64,000 nt of DNA, taken from positions 1 to 64,000 of the forward strand of contig JABVCE010000024.1 of assembly GCA_014905635.1 (NCBI GenBank). Direction: 5' to 3'. The DNA comes from Scenedesmus sp. PABB004 (taxonomy: Eukaryota). This document shows, in pieces, positions 1 through 12,100 of the stretch. Positions within the stretch are counted from its first letter, which is position 1. Each line of letters opens with the position of its first letter. A model generated the notes under the pieces. That model saw nothing but the letters and a program-made list of their open reading frames with translations, made no database searches and was not told the DNA's origin. The position numbers and the translations under genes were made by a program.

Positions 1-1682
1 AGCGCTGCCGTGCGCCGTTTCCGCTGCCCCGCCGCCCCTGCGGAGCGGAGGTGCGCGGCTCCAACATGCTGCCCGGGCACGGCTGCGCCCGCCGAGGTCG
101 GCCGCCGGCGGCCGCGCCGCGCCGCGGGCCGCGCGCCGCCCGGCGCGGCGCCGCTCGCCGGCGCCGCGGCGCAGCGCTGCGTGCGCCGTTTCCGCTGCCC
201 CGCCGCCCCTGCGGAGCGGAGGTGCGCGGCTCCAACATGCTGCCCGGGCACGGGCTGCCCCGCCGAGGTCGGCCGCCGGCGGCCGCGCCGCGCCGCGGGC
301 CGCGCGCCGCCCGCGCGCGCGCCGCTCGCCGCGCCGCGGCGCAGCGCTGCCGTGCGCCGTTTCCGCTGCCCCGCCGCCCCCCTGCGGAGCGGAGGTGCGC
401 GGCTCCAACATGCTGCCCGGGCACGGGCTTGCGCCGCGAGGTCGGCCGCCGGGCGGCCCGCGCCGCGCCGCGGGGCCGGCGGCCGCCGCGCCGCCGCCGC
501 TCGCGGCGCCGGCGGCGCAGCGCTGCCGTGCGCCGTTCCGCTGCCCGGCGCCCCTGCGGAGCGGAGGTGCGCGGCTCCACATGCTGCCCGGGCACGGGCT
601 GCGCCGCCGAGGTCGGCCGCCGGCGGCCGCGCCGCCGCCGCGGGCCCCGCGCGCCGCCCGCGCGCGCGCCGCTCGCCGGCGCCGCGCGCGGCAGCGCTGC
701 CGTGTGCGCCGTTTCCGGCTGCCCCGCCGCCCTGCGGAGCGGAGGTGCGCGGCTCCAACATGCTGCCCGGGCACGGGCTGCGCCGCCGAGGTCGGCCGCC
801 GGCGGCCGCGCCGCCCGCGGGCCGCGCGCCGCCCGCCGCGCCGCGCCGCTCGCCGGCGCCGCGGCGCAGCGCTGCCGTGCGCCGTTTCCGCTGCCCCGCC
901 GCCCCTGCGGAGCGGAGGTGCGCGGCTCCAACATGCTGCCCGGGCACGGGCTGCGCCGCCGAGGTCGGCCGCCGGCGGCGCGCGCCGCGCCGCGGGCCGC
1001 GCGCCGCCCGCGCGCGCGCGCCGCTCGCCGGCGCCGCGGCGCAGCGCTGCCGTGCGCCGTTTCCGCTGCCCCGCCGCCCCTGCGGAGCGGAGGTGCGCGG
1101 CTCCAACATGCTGCCCGGGCACGGGCTGCGCCGCCGAGGTCGGCCGCCGGCGGCCGCGCCGCGCCGCGGGCCGCCGCGCCGCCCGCGCGCGCGCCGCTCG
1201 CCGGCGCCGCGGCGCAGCGCTGCCGTGCGCCGTTTCCGCTGCCCCGCCGCCCCTGCGGAGCGGAGGTGCGCGCTCCAACATGCTGCCCGGGCACGGGCTG
1301 CCCCGCGAGGTCGGCCGCCGGCGGCCGCGCCGCGCCGCGGGCCCGCGCGGCCGCCGCGCGCGCGCCGCTCGCCGGCGCCGCGGCGCAGCGCTGCCGTGCG
1401 CCGTTTCCGCTGCCCCCGCCGCCTGCGGAGCGGAGGTGCGCGGCTCCAACATGCTGCCCGGGCACGGGCTGCGCCGCCGAGGTCGGCCGCACGGCGGCCG
1501 CGCGCGCGCGGGCCGCGCGCCGCCCGCGCGCGGCCGCTCGCCGGCGCCGCGGCGCAGCGCTGCCGTGCGCCGTTTCCGCTGCCCCGCGCCCCTGCGGAGC
1601 GGAGGTGCGCGGCTCCAACATGCTGCCCGGGCACGGGCTGCCCCGCCGAGGTCGGCCGCCGGCGGCCGCGCCGCGCCGCGGG
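1..1682. repeat. Tandem satellite, ~172-175 bp unit, about 10 copies, continuing past the window start
   Basis: Motif CTCCAACATGCTGCCCGGGCACGG recurs near 59, 230, 403, 575, 753, 925, 1101, 1273, 1444 and 1613 with small indels between units. Confidence 0.95.
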
Positions 1683-2112
1683 CTGCCCCTCGCCACGGAC
1701 ATCGCCGCTGGCCACCGGCGCTGCTGCGCGCCGCGGTGCGGGGCTGCCGCGCGGCCTGCGGTCAAGCTACTGCGAAGGTTGTGTTACGCACATTGCGGCA
1801 TCGTATCACGCCGCTAAACTGCACCGGCCCGGGGCACGCACGCAAACACAGCGCACGACGCGCTGCCAACAACACATAGAGGCTCCGCACTCGCAGCGCG
1901 CCCGTGATGCAGCCTTGCTGTATTGCATCATGAAGGAAGGGATGGACGCGCGCTCAATCGGTGCTGCCTGCGCGCCCGAGTTGTCGCCGCGTGCTGCTGC
2001 CCGCCGCACGCTGCCAACGCTCGCACGTGCCCGGCCAACCACCCAGGCCCCCCTCGCCCGCCCGCCCCTGCGCCCGCCCCGGCTCGCCCGCCGCCGCCGG
2101 CGCGGCGCGCGC

Positions 2113-5100
2113 TCAAAACTGGGAGAGGTCGCGCCCGAACACGCGCGCCTTCATCCAGTCGAACAGGATGAGCACGCGGTTGCGGAAGGAGACCTGCTTG
2201 GTGATGTACACGCTGCGCCAGAGCAGGAAGGCGAGGGAGCCGTAGAGGTCGAGCGAGCCATCAAACGCCTCCACCTGCGTGAGCGCCTTGTCGTTGCCCA
2301 CGTAGGCCATGATGCCGAGCGACAGGAACTCAAACGGCTTGCGGTAGTAGCTCACGCCCGGCGGCGCCTGCGCGTCCGGCCGCGCGCGGCCGCGCGGCGG
2401 CGGGCTGGGACCGCGCGGCGTGCCGGGCGCGGCGCGGCGTGCTGGGCGCGCGGCCCCCATCTCTGTCACGCCCTGCCTCCGCCCCGGCCCCAGCGCGAGG
2501 CGCGCGGCCGCTCACGGCGTAGGTGCTGTCGCCGGTGGTGAGCGCGAGCACGTCGAGCTCGGTCATGGCCGGCTTGGCGGCGATGGCGGCCGCGTCGACG
2601 CGGCGCAGGCGCCGCGCCGCCTCGACGTCCACGCCCACCGCGTGCGCGGGGTCGACCCGCACCGGCGGCGCGGTGTCGAGGCCGCCAAGGCCGAGGGAGT
2701 AGCCGCGGTTGATCAGCCGCGCCGCGTACGCGCCCTGCTGCCCGCGACCTGCGGCGCGCGGCGCGTGGCACAGCCGGCGGTCGGCGCGGGCGGCGGGGTC
2801 GGGTCGGCGCGGCGCGGCGCGGCGTCCAGCCGGCGGGCGGCGCGGTCAGCGTGGCGCGGCGCGGCCGGCATGGCGCAGCCCCGCGCCCCGCGCCCCGCGC
2901 GCCGCGCCCCGCGCGCCGCGCACGCACACACACCTGCGCCGTCGCGGGCAGCCTGTTGCCGGCGAGGCTGGCGGCGTCGCCGAGTGCGATGATGTCGCGC
3001 GCGCCTATGAGCCGGAGGTAGGGGTCCACCACGAGCTTAAACCCCGCGGGGCCGCGGCCCCGCCCTGCAGCGCCGCCTGGCGCGGCACGCTCGCGACGAG
3101 CGCCTGCGTCAGCGGCCGCGCCGCGTTTCCTGCCGCGCGGCGGGGCATGGGCGGTGAGGGGCGGGACGGGGCGGTGAGAGGGGGCGCAGCGGGCGGCGGT
3201 GTCGGCGCGGCGCGGGGCGGCCCGCGCGCGCGCGCTGTGCTGTGGCTGGCGCCGCACGGCGCGTGGCCGCGGCGCGCGCGCACGCAGCGCGGGACCAGGC
3301 GCGCACCGGTTGACCAGACGCAGATGCCGTAGCGCAGCTCCTCCTCGGCGCCGCCCGCGGCGCGCAGGCGGATGACGTCGCGGGTCACGCCCGTCACGCG
3401 CACCGCGAGGCGCACCTCGACGCCGCTGGCCTGGAAGTTGGCGAGCGCGCGCTCCTGCAGGCTGCCGCTGAACTGGGTGAGGATGCTGTCCGCGCTCTGC
3501 AGCAGGCTCACACGCACAAACGGCATCAGCCTGCGCGGCGAGGGCAGGGAGGCAGGCGCACGGTGAGGCGGCGGGGCCGGCGGCAGCCGGCGGGCGGGGA
3601 GGGAGGGGACCAGGCGGCGCGCCCCTGAGCCTGATCCCGCTGTTGATGTCCTCCCTCACGCCCGCCCGCCCGCCCGCCCGCGCGGCCCCACTCACTCGGG
3701 GTACTTGCGCGCGAGGTCGACGCGCACAAAGTCACTCAGCGTGCCCGCAAACTCAACGCCTGCAGGGGCGCCGCGCGCCGCGGCGCCGGCGGTGCGGCGT
3801 CAGCACCCGCGCGCGCGCGGCATCGGCACACGCGGCGGCGGCGGCGGGCGTGCGCGGGCGCAGGGGGCGTGCCACGGCGCCGCGGCGCTGCGGCGCCGCG
3901 CGCCGCGCGCGCACCTGTGGGCCCGCCGCCGACGACGACAAAGTGCAGCACCGCACGGCGGTCGGCCTCGCTCGTCCCCGGCAGCGCGGCGAGCTCGAAC
4001 GCCTCCTGTATGCGCGTGCGCAGGCGCACCGTGTCGCTGACCTCCTTCATGAAGTGACAGTGCTCCGACACGCCTGGGACAGGGTGTAGGGTTTAGGGTT
4101 GAGGCAGGCGGGACGGCGGGGCGGCGGGGCGGCGGGGAGCAGGCGGCGGGCCGCGTGAGCGCGCGGTGGTGCAGGACGCGGACGCGCCTGAGCGCAGCGG
4201 CGGCCGCGGCAGCTGCAGCGTCTGCTCAGCCCCCGCGCCCGCGTCTGCCCGCCCCCCCCCCCCCCCCCGGCCGCCGCCCGCGCGCGCCGCGCGTGCTGTC
4301 GCGCGCACCTGGGACGCCGAAGGTCGCGGGCGCCTCGCCGACCGCGACGACGGCGATGTCGTAGGGAATCTCGAACGAGGGCCGCCGCCCGTCCTCAAAC
4401 GACACCGCGGCGGTGCAGTAGGCGACCTTGGCCTCCGGGTCGAGCCGCTCGCAGGAGGCCTCGAGGTACGTCGCGAAGGGGTTGCTTGTGCGGATGGGCT
4501 CCAGGAGGGAGCGGAATTCGACCGTCCCGACCGCGGTGCTGGGCAGCATGGGCGTGAAGAGGAAGTGGTTGCGCGGGCTCACCACGACCACCTCGTACGC
4601 GTCGACGTCGATGACCTGCGCGGGGCGGGGCGCGCGCGCGTGTGCGTGCGTGTGTGTGTGCGTGTGGCGCGCCAGTGGGTGGGTGTGGGTGGGTGGGTGG
4701 TGGTGATGGTGGTGGTGGTGGTGGGGGGGGGGGGGGTGGAAGGTGCAGCGCGCTTGGGGGGGACGCGTCTGCCGCCGGCCGCCGCCGCCGCGCCCTGCCG
4801 CCCGCCCGCGCGGCCGTGCAGCCCGCGCCGCCTGCAGCCGCCCGCCCCGCGCCGTGGCGCCGCGCCTTGATGAGCGAGTGCGCGCCCCAGCCGGTGCCGA
4901 GCACGAGCACCACGGGCTTCCGCGCGACGAGCTTCAGCGCGCCGCTCGACTCGCGGCGGAACAGGCGGTCGATCACCTCTGCGCTGAAGGGGCCCAGGAG
5001 GGAGGGAGGGGCCCCCGGGGGTTGAGTGCGGCGGCGCGGCGGCGCGCGGCGGGGCGGGGCGGGGCAGAGGGTCAGCCGCGAGGCAGCGCGGCGGCGCTGG

Positions 5101-5631
5101 CGCTGGCGCGGTGAGGGCGGCGCCACCACGTACCCACCCACCCACCCGCCCACCCACCCACCCGGGCAGCGAGTCCTTGAGCGTGCGGCGCGCGATGACG
5201 GCGACGTCCTCCGCCGTGTCGAGCAGCTTCCCCAGCGCCACCTCCGCCCAGCCGCGCGGCTTGGGCCACGCCAGCTCCAGCGGCTCGGCCGGCTCCGGCT
5301 GCGGCTGCGGCGGCGGCGGCTGCGGCGCGGCGGGGCGCGCCTCCTGCTGCTGCCGCGTCGGGGGCGTCGCCGTCGCAGCCACCGTCAGGCGGCGCCGGCC
5401 TCCTGCAGCGCCGGGGAGGGTGGCGGTGTGGGTGCGCGAGCAGGGGCTTGGCGCTGCTGCTGCAGGGGGGGGGGCGGTGCTGCGAGCGCGCGCCGCTGCC
5501 CGCGTGCGCACACCTGGCGCCGCGGCGGCGCGGCGCAGGCGCAGCGGCGCCGCCGCGCGCGCCGGCAGGGCGCAGGAGCTGCTGCCGCTGTCCCTGGGGG
5601 CCGTGGCGGTGCGCGAACGCGCGGCCAGCAT
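2113..5631 (-). CDS. Type II (alternative) NAD(P)H:quinone oxidoreductase, NDA-like, with organellar transit peptide; 8 exons
   Basis: Motifs VLVLGTGWGA, VVSPRNHFLFTPMLPSTAVGTVEFRS, FVVVGGGPTGVEFAG, ALGDAA..LPATAQVA and C-terminal LLWRSVYITKQVSFRNRVLILFDWMKARVFGRD. Two apparent 1-bp frameshifts near 3045 and 2740 are probably assembly errors. Confidence 0.93.
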
Positions 5632-6097
5632 GGTGACGAAAGGCTTGCTCCCGCTGCTGCCGCTGCCTCACGACGCCGTCAGCGCCCGTGGCGCTTGCGT
5701 GCGTGGCCGGGGAGGCGTGGGCGAGGGGCACGGACGCGGCCTGGGCGCGGGCGACTGTGGGGCGCTGGCGCGTGCGGGGGTGGGGGCGTGTCGCGCTGTC
5801 GACCGGGTCGGGCGTGGCTCTGGCGTCGCTGGGCGGGCTGCGGTCACGTCGTAGTGACTGTCGTGCGTCGACCGAGCGCACCGGCGGAGGCGGGCGCCGC
5901 GGCGCGGCGCTACTGCTGAGACCCGCGCCGCACGCCTGGCGCCGCGCCACGCGTCCCCGCGTCCCGCCGGCGTCTCCGGGGCCCGCAGTCACGCAAGCGC
6001 AACCACCACGACCCGCCAGACCGGGCTCAGGGGCCAGCGGACCGGCGGAGCGCGCCGTCGACCGCGCCGCGCGCGCCGCGGGCGCCGACCGCGCGCC

Positions 6098-8852
6098 ATG
6101 GCGACCCGGGCGGTGCTGCAATCGTTCGAACGCTACCAGAAGGAGCGCGTGGCTTTCGTGTCGGCGGTGGCGGAGATGGCCAAGAACCCGCAGGCGCGCG
6201 CTGCTCGGCGGCGGCGCGCGCTGCTTCGCTCGCCGCGCACGGCCGCCGCCAGCTGCTCCCTCCACGGCCGGCGAGCTGGCCGAGGCGGGACGGGGGCCAG
6301 GCAGCGGCGCCGCGCTCGCGCGCCACGGCTGCGCGAGCGGCGCCGCCGCCGCCGCTGGCCAGCCGCGCCGCGCCGCGCCGCTGACCGCCGGCACCCGCGC
6401 TCCCGCCGCGGCCCGCCGCGCGTGCACGCCGCAGAACGTCGAGGTGCTGCAGCAGGCCGGCGCGATGGCGCTGCTGCGGCCGCTGCTGCTGGACAACGTG
6501 CCGAGCATCCAGCAGTCGGCCGCGCTCGCGCTCGGCCGGCTGGCCAACTTCAGCGACGACCTCGCCGAGGCGGTGGTGACCAACGAGATCCTGCCCCAGC
6601 TCGTGCGCGGCGCGGCGCGGCGCGCGGGGGCGGCCCGTGCGCGCGGCGCGCGGGGGGCGGCGGGGCTGCGCCTGCGCCGCCCGCGCACTGCGCCCCGCGC
6701 GCGCGCGCCGCTTCAGCCTCCTCGCCCCCGCCCGCGCGCCGCGGCGTGCCAGGTCTACTCCCTGGCCGAGCAGAACAGGTTTTACAAGAAGGCCGCCGGC
6801 TACTGCCTGCGCGCGGTGGCCAAGCACTCGCCCAAGCTCGCGCAGGTCGGGCGGGCGGGCGGCTGCGCCGGGCGCCGGCCCGCACCGCCCACCCGCCGCG
6901 CCCTGCGCCCCGCGCCGCCCACGCACCGCCGCTGCTGCCGCCGCGCGGCGCCGCCACGCCTGCGCAGGCGGTGATTGACAGTGGCGCGCTGGACGCGCTG
7001 GTGGGGTGCCTTGAGGAGTTTGACCCGGGCGTCAAGGAGGCGGCCTGCTGGTGCCTCGGGTACATCGGCGGCCACAACGCGGAGCTCGCGCAGCAGGTGG
7101 TGGACGCAGGTGCGCCACCGGCGCGGCGCGCGCGCGCGGCGCGTGGCGCGTGCGGCGCCTGCGCCTGCGGCGGCCGGGCCGGGCCGCGCGTTGCGACCCG
7201 CCGCGCCGCGCCGCGCCGCGCAGGCGCGGTGCCGCTGCTGGTGCTGTGCGTGCAGGAGCCGGAGCTGGCACTGAAGCGCGTGGCCGCGAGCGCGCTGTCC
7301 GACGTGGCCAAGCACACGCCGGAGCTGGCGCAGGTGGTGGTCGACGCGGGTGCGGTGTCGTACCTGTCGCCGCTGCTGGTCAACCAGGACGCCAAGCTCA
7401 AGCGCCAGGTCTGCAGCGCGCTGGGCCAGGTGGCCAAGCACACCGTGGACCTCGCCGAGGTGGTGGTGGAGGCCGAGGTCTTTCCCAAGGCCCTCACCTG
7501 CCTCAAGTTCCCAGACGAGTACGTCGCCAAGCACGCAGCAACGCTGGTGCGGGCGTCACGCTGCAAACGCGCCCCCCCCCCGCCGCGCCCGCCGGCCGCG
7601 CCCGCCGCTGCACTGCGCCGCCGCGCCCGCGGCGCGACCGCCGGCCGCGCCCGCCGCGCCCGCCGCGCCCGCCGCCGCGCCCGCTGGCGCGGCGCATGGC
7701 GGCGGCCGCGCCGCCGCTCAGTGCGTCTGTGAGCTGGGGCGCCCGTGGCCGCCGGCAGGTGCGCGAGGTGGTCAAGCACACGCCTGAGCTGGCGCAGCTC
7801 GTGGTGGCCAACGGCGGCGTCGCGGCGCTGGTGGAGTATGCGGGCGCGTGCGAGGGGAACAACAGGTGCGCGCGCCGCGCCGCTCGCCGGCCCCTGCCCC
7901 GCGCCTCTCGCCCGCCGGCCCCTGCCGCGCGCCGCGCGCCGCGCCCCGCGGCGCCGCCCGCCGAGCCGCGCCGCCCGCGTCGCCGGCGGCGCAGGCTGCC
8001 CGCGGTGATGGCCCTGGGCTACATCGCGGCGTTCAGCGAGACGCTGGGCCTCGCGGTCGTCGCGGAGCGCGGCCTCGCGCCGCTCTGCGCCGCGCTGGCG
8101 GAGGGCGAGGACCACTGCCGCGCCGCGGCGGCGTGGGCGCTGGGCCAGGTCGGGCGGCACACGCCCGACCACGCCAAGGCGGTGGCGGACACTGGTGCGC
8201 GCGCGGGCGGGGCGCTCTCGGCCCGGCCCGGCCCCGCGCGCGCGCGGCGTCGCAGCGGCCGACCCCCGCCGCCCGCGCGCCGCGCCGCGCCGCGCCGCGC
8301 GCCAGGCGTGCTGCTGAGCCTCGCGGGCCTCGACGCGGCGCCGGGCGCCAGCGAGGACCTGCGCTCCAAGGCGCGGAGCGCGCTCAAGTCGGTGGTGTCC
8401 AAGCTGACCACGCTGCCTGCGCTGGACGGCCTCGTGCACGCGCCGCTGCCCGAGGGCGTGATGCGGCTGGTGCTGGAGCAGGTGGGCAAGGTCCTCGCCA
8501 ATGACCCGCCCGGGCGCGCCGCGTTTGTGCACTCGGGCGGCCTCGCGGCGGTGCAGGGCATGGGCGAGGCGCCCGGCAGCGCCCTGCGCGAGGCGGTGGA
8601 CGTCATAAACTCGGCCTACCCGGAGGAGGTGCGTGTGTGTGTGCGTGTGTGTGTGGGGGGGGGGGGGAGACGGGGGCGCGGGGGGCGGGCGACAGGCGAG
8701 TCCCGCGGCTTGGGCCGACCCGCCGCCGCGCGCGCGCGCCGTGCCCCGTGCCCCCCCCCCCCAAATAGGTGGTGCGCTACTACAGCCCCACTTACAGCCA
8801 GCAGCTGCTGGCCAAGCTGGACGCGATGGCGGCCACGGGCGGCGGCGCGTAG
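6098..8852 (+). CDS. PF16: Axonemal central-pair armadillo-repeat protein PF16/SPAG6; 9 exons
   Basis: MATRAVLQSFERYQKERVAFVSAVAEMAKNPQ/NVEVLQQAGAMALLRPLLLDNVPSIQQSAALALGRLAN; ARM repeats; ends VVRYYSPTYSQQLLAKLD. Confidence 0.96.
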
Positions 8853-9100
8853 GCACGTGCTGAGGGCTGCCCGGGCTTGGAGCGCTGACCGCGCGCCGGC
8901 GCTGACCGGGCGGAGCTGACCCGGGGGGGGGGGGGGCTGACCGGGCGGGGCTGACCGGGTGGGACGGACTGGGCAGGGCTGGCACGAGGGCCCGGCGGGG
9001 TGCAACGAGGCGGACCCGCACAGGCGCGGTTGCCGGGCAGCCCGCCGCGCCGCCAAAAGCGCCTCGCGCCCTCGCGCGCCGAGTGCAGCAGCGCGCGCAG

Positions 9101-12100
9101 TCAGTCCAGCTCCTCGAGCAGGCTCGCGTCATCCGGCAGCTCTTGAAGGTCGTCGTCGTCGTCGCTGTCCAGGAACGCCCACCGCGGCGCCTCCGCGCTC
9201 GGCCATTCTGGGTGTGCCCAGCCGCCGTCGGGCAGGCGTGGCAGGCCGGGCTGGTCCGAGTACGCAGGTAGGCCCCGCAGGCTCGGCAGGTCCGCCGCCG
9301 CCCCCGGTGCTCCTGCGCCCGGCCGTGCGCCGCGCAGCGCAGGGTGATGGCGCCCCACAGACACGTCGCGCGTGGGGGTGCCTGCCAGCCCGGTGTGATG
9401 CCTGGCGCGGCAGCGCGGCGTGCGGGGCCAGCAACGTCAGGCGCGGTGGCCGCGGCGAGGCCGCGCGGCCGGGCGCAGCTAGCAGCGCTGCTGCTGCCGC
9501 TGACGCTCACAGGTTGTCGCTGTGGTCGCTGATGTCGTGGGCGGTTGTCAACACCAGCGCGAGGTGAGGGTCGACCAGCAGCTGGGCGCAGTTGGCGCCC
9601 AGCGGCCCCGCCTCGTGCCGGGGCACCAAGACCACACCGACGTCCCTGGCGCGCAGGCGGTACCACAGCCCTGCCAGCCGCTGGTCCATGCCGGCAGCTC
9701 GGGCCGTCCAACGCTGCGCGCGCGCGCGCGGGAGGGGAGGGAGGCAGTGTGGGCGGCTGGCGGCGGCGCCCGGCCGCTCCGCCCCTTGGCGTGCAAGCGC
9801 GCACCTGCCGCGCCGCCGCCAGCTGCCGGCAGTGCACGTCGTGCCAGTCTTTGCTGCTGCTGGTCCACCACGCGGCTCGGCAGGAGGTGCTGCAAAACCA
9901 CACCGCCCCGCACGCCGCGCACTCCGATGGCACCACCTGCGCGCGGCCGCGCGGCCAGGCGGGCGGCGCTGCGCGTCACCGCCGGGCCCGGCTGCTCGTG
10001 CCGCCGCCACGCAGCACGGCGCCGTGCGCGCACCCACCTGCCCCTGCCCAGTCGACGTAAACATGGCGGCTGCTCCCAGCGCCACGTCCGCGCCGCACTC
10101 GCTGCACAGACAGGTCGTGCGCCGCCGCGCCTCATTGGCGCACCACGCGCCCGGCGGCCGCCAGAGCGCGACCGGCCGCGGCGGCAGCAGCGCCGCCTGC
10201 GCGATGCCGCCCGTCGCCAGGCTGCCTGCAAAGTGTCGCAGCTCTGTGACGCCGGCCAGGACGCAGCCGTCGCCGTCCGCGGCCGACCCAGGCGCCACCT
10301 GGAGCTGCGCCAGCAGCGCGCGAGCCACCTTGTCATCGTCCCCGGCCACGTCCGCGAGCGCGTCGAGCACGCCAGCGTCCAGCGCCACGCCAGGCCCTGG
10401 GGCCGGGGTCTCCGCGCCCTCAGCGGCAGCTGGCGGCGGCTCCGCGCCGCCCTGCGCGCGCGCCAGCAGCTCCGCGCGGACGTCGCCCGCCGCCCGGAGC
10501 AGCGCGTCCGCCAGCGCTTCGACCGCACGCATGTGGGGGCCCACGAGGTCGTGCGGCGTGGGCGGCACGCCGGCGCCTGGCAACAGCTCAGAAGACGGCT
10601 CAAACCGTCCCGGCCCTGCGAGCTGCCTGGCCGCAAAGCATGCCGCGTAGTAGCTGGAGGGGGGGGGGGAGACGGAGGGGGCAGCGCGAGGCCAGCGGTC
10701 AGCACGGAGCAGCGGGACTAGCAGTCCCACTGCCAGCCTGCCCGGCGCCGCCCCCCGAGCACTCACACACGCACTCACCGGGCGTTAGGGTCGCTGTACA
10801 GCGCGTCCAGCTCGTCCGGCGACAGCCCGGCCAGCAGGGCGGCGCCCGGCTGCGCCTGCCCGCCGCGCGCAGCGGCAGTGAGGTGGCGGTACCGCCGCAG
10901 GCCCACGTGCAGCCACACGTGCCACATCTGTGGCGCCGCGACGCTGTAGTCCTGCAGGCAGCCGCCCAGCCCGAGATGCGCCGCGAGCTGCGCCGCCGTC
11001 GCGGGGCCAAACGCGCACGGCGACAGCGGCACGGCCTCGGGCTCCGGCACGAGCGACGGGTGCAGCGGGCCCAGCGCCAGCAGCGCCTGGTGGCTCAGCA
11101 ACGCCGCCCAGGCGCTGCCGCAGCCGTACGCCTGCGGCGGCGGGCGACGGCAACGTGCTGAGTGGCGGCGGCAGCGGCGCCATTCAGCGGCGGGCGCGCG
11201 CAGGCCGGGCGCGGCGCGCAGCGCGGCGCTCGCCTGGGAGTGTGCTGCGTTGATGGCGCGCGCGTAGTGGCGCACCGCATACACGCGGCCCCGCCTTGGC
11301 ATCTGCTTCATGCCCCTGTCCTGCCCCAGCAGCGCGCGGGGCAGGCCCTCGCCGCTGGGGTCGGTCCACAGGCTCTCGGACAGACAGTGCATGGCGAGAG
11401 TCCAAGGCCTGCAGCGAGGTGGCGCGGGCGGGCTGGCTGTGGGCGGGCGGGCCGCGGCGGCGTGGCCGCGGGCGCGCGTTCCCAGCACACGCCAAGGCGC
11501 AACAAACAACAATGACTCACTGCAGCTTGGAGAATTCAAAGTGAGGGCAGAGCCCGTGGTGCTTGGAGTACCACGCAGCCGCCTCTGGCCTGAGTCGCTC
11601 CAGCAGCCGCCACAGCAGCCCCCGCCAGAAGCAGGGGTCGGCGCTGGGGTCGGCGCCCGCGCCGCTGCTGCCTGCGCCGCGCGCTGCCTGCGCGCACTTC
11701 TCGCGCTTGCAGCGCCAGCAGGCAGGGTTGCGCGGCGCGCCGCCGCTGGCGCTGCCGGTGCTGGCGGCGTCCTGCGCGTCGTGCTCCAGCTGGCAATCCT
11801 CTGCCAAACCCTCCGCCTGGCGCTCCTCTGCCCTGCCGCGTGCGCGCTCCTGGTCCGACGCCGTGAGCAGCGCTTGCAGCTCTGCCGTGTGCTCCTCGTA
11901 CAGGCGCCTGCGGCCAGCGGCAGCGTGAAGCAGGCAGCGGCGGCAGTGGGCGCGTGGCGGTGGGGATAGGGGGCAGCCGGGCGCCCAGTGGAACTCGACC
12001 GCTCGCCCACCTCAGTGCCTTTGCGCCGTCCGTGATGGCTGCCAGCCGGGCCGCGTGGCGCGGCTGCGGCGGCTGCTCCGACGCGGCACGCGTGAGGCAG

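Noticed and set aside
1..2541. Long ORFs (843, 588 and 494 aa) over the satellite; possible CRISPR-like array
   Set aside because: Stop-free frames result from extreme GC and repetition. Units are contiguous with no unique spacers, and there are no cas genes.
2735..3060. Programmed frameshifting or pseudogenisation in NDH-2 (similar cases in TOP3A at about 41300/41570 and at about 63320)
   Set aside because: Single-base indels in G/C runs within otherwise conserved genes are best explained as sequencing consensus errors.
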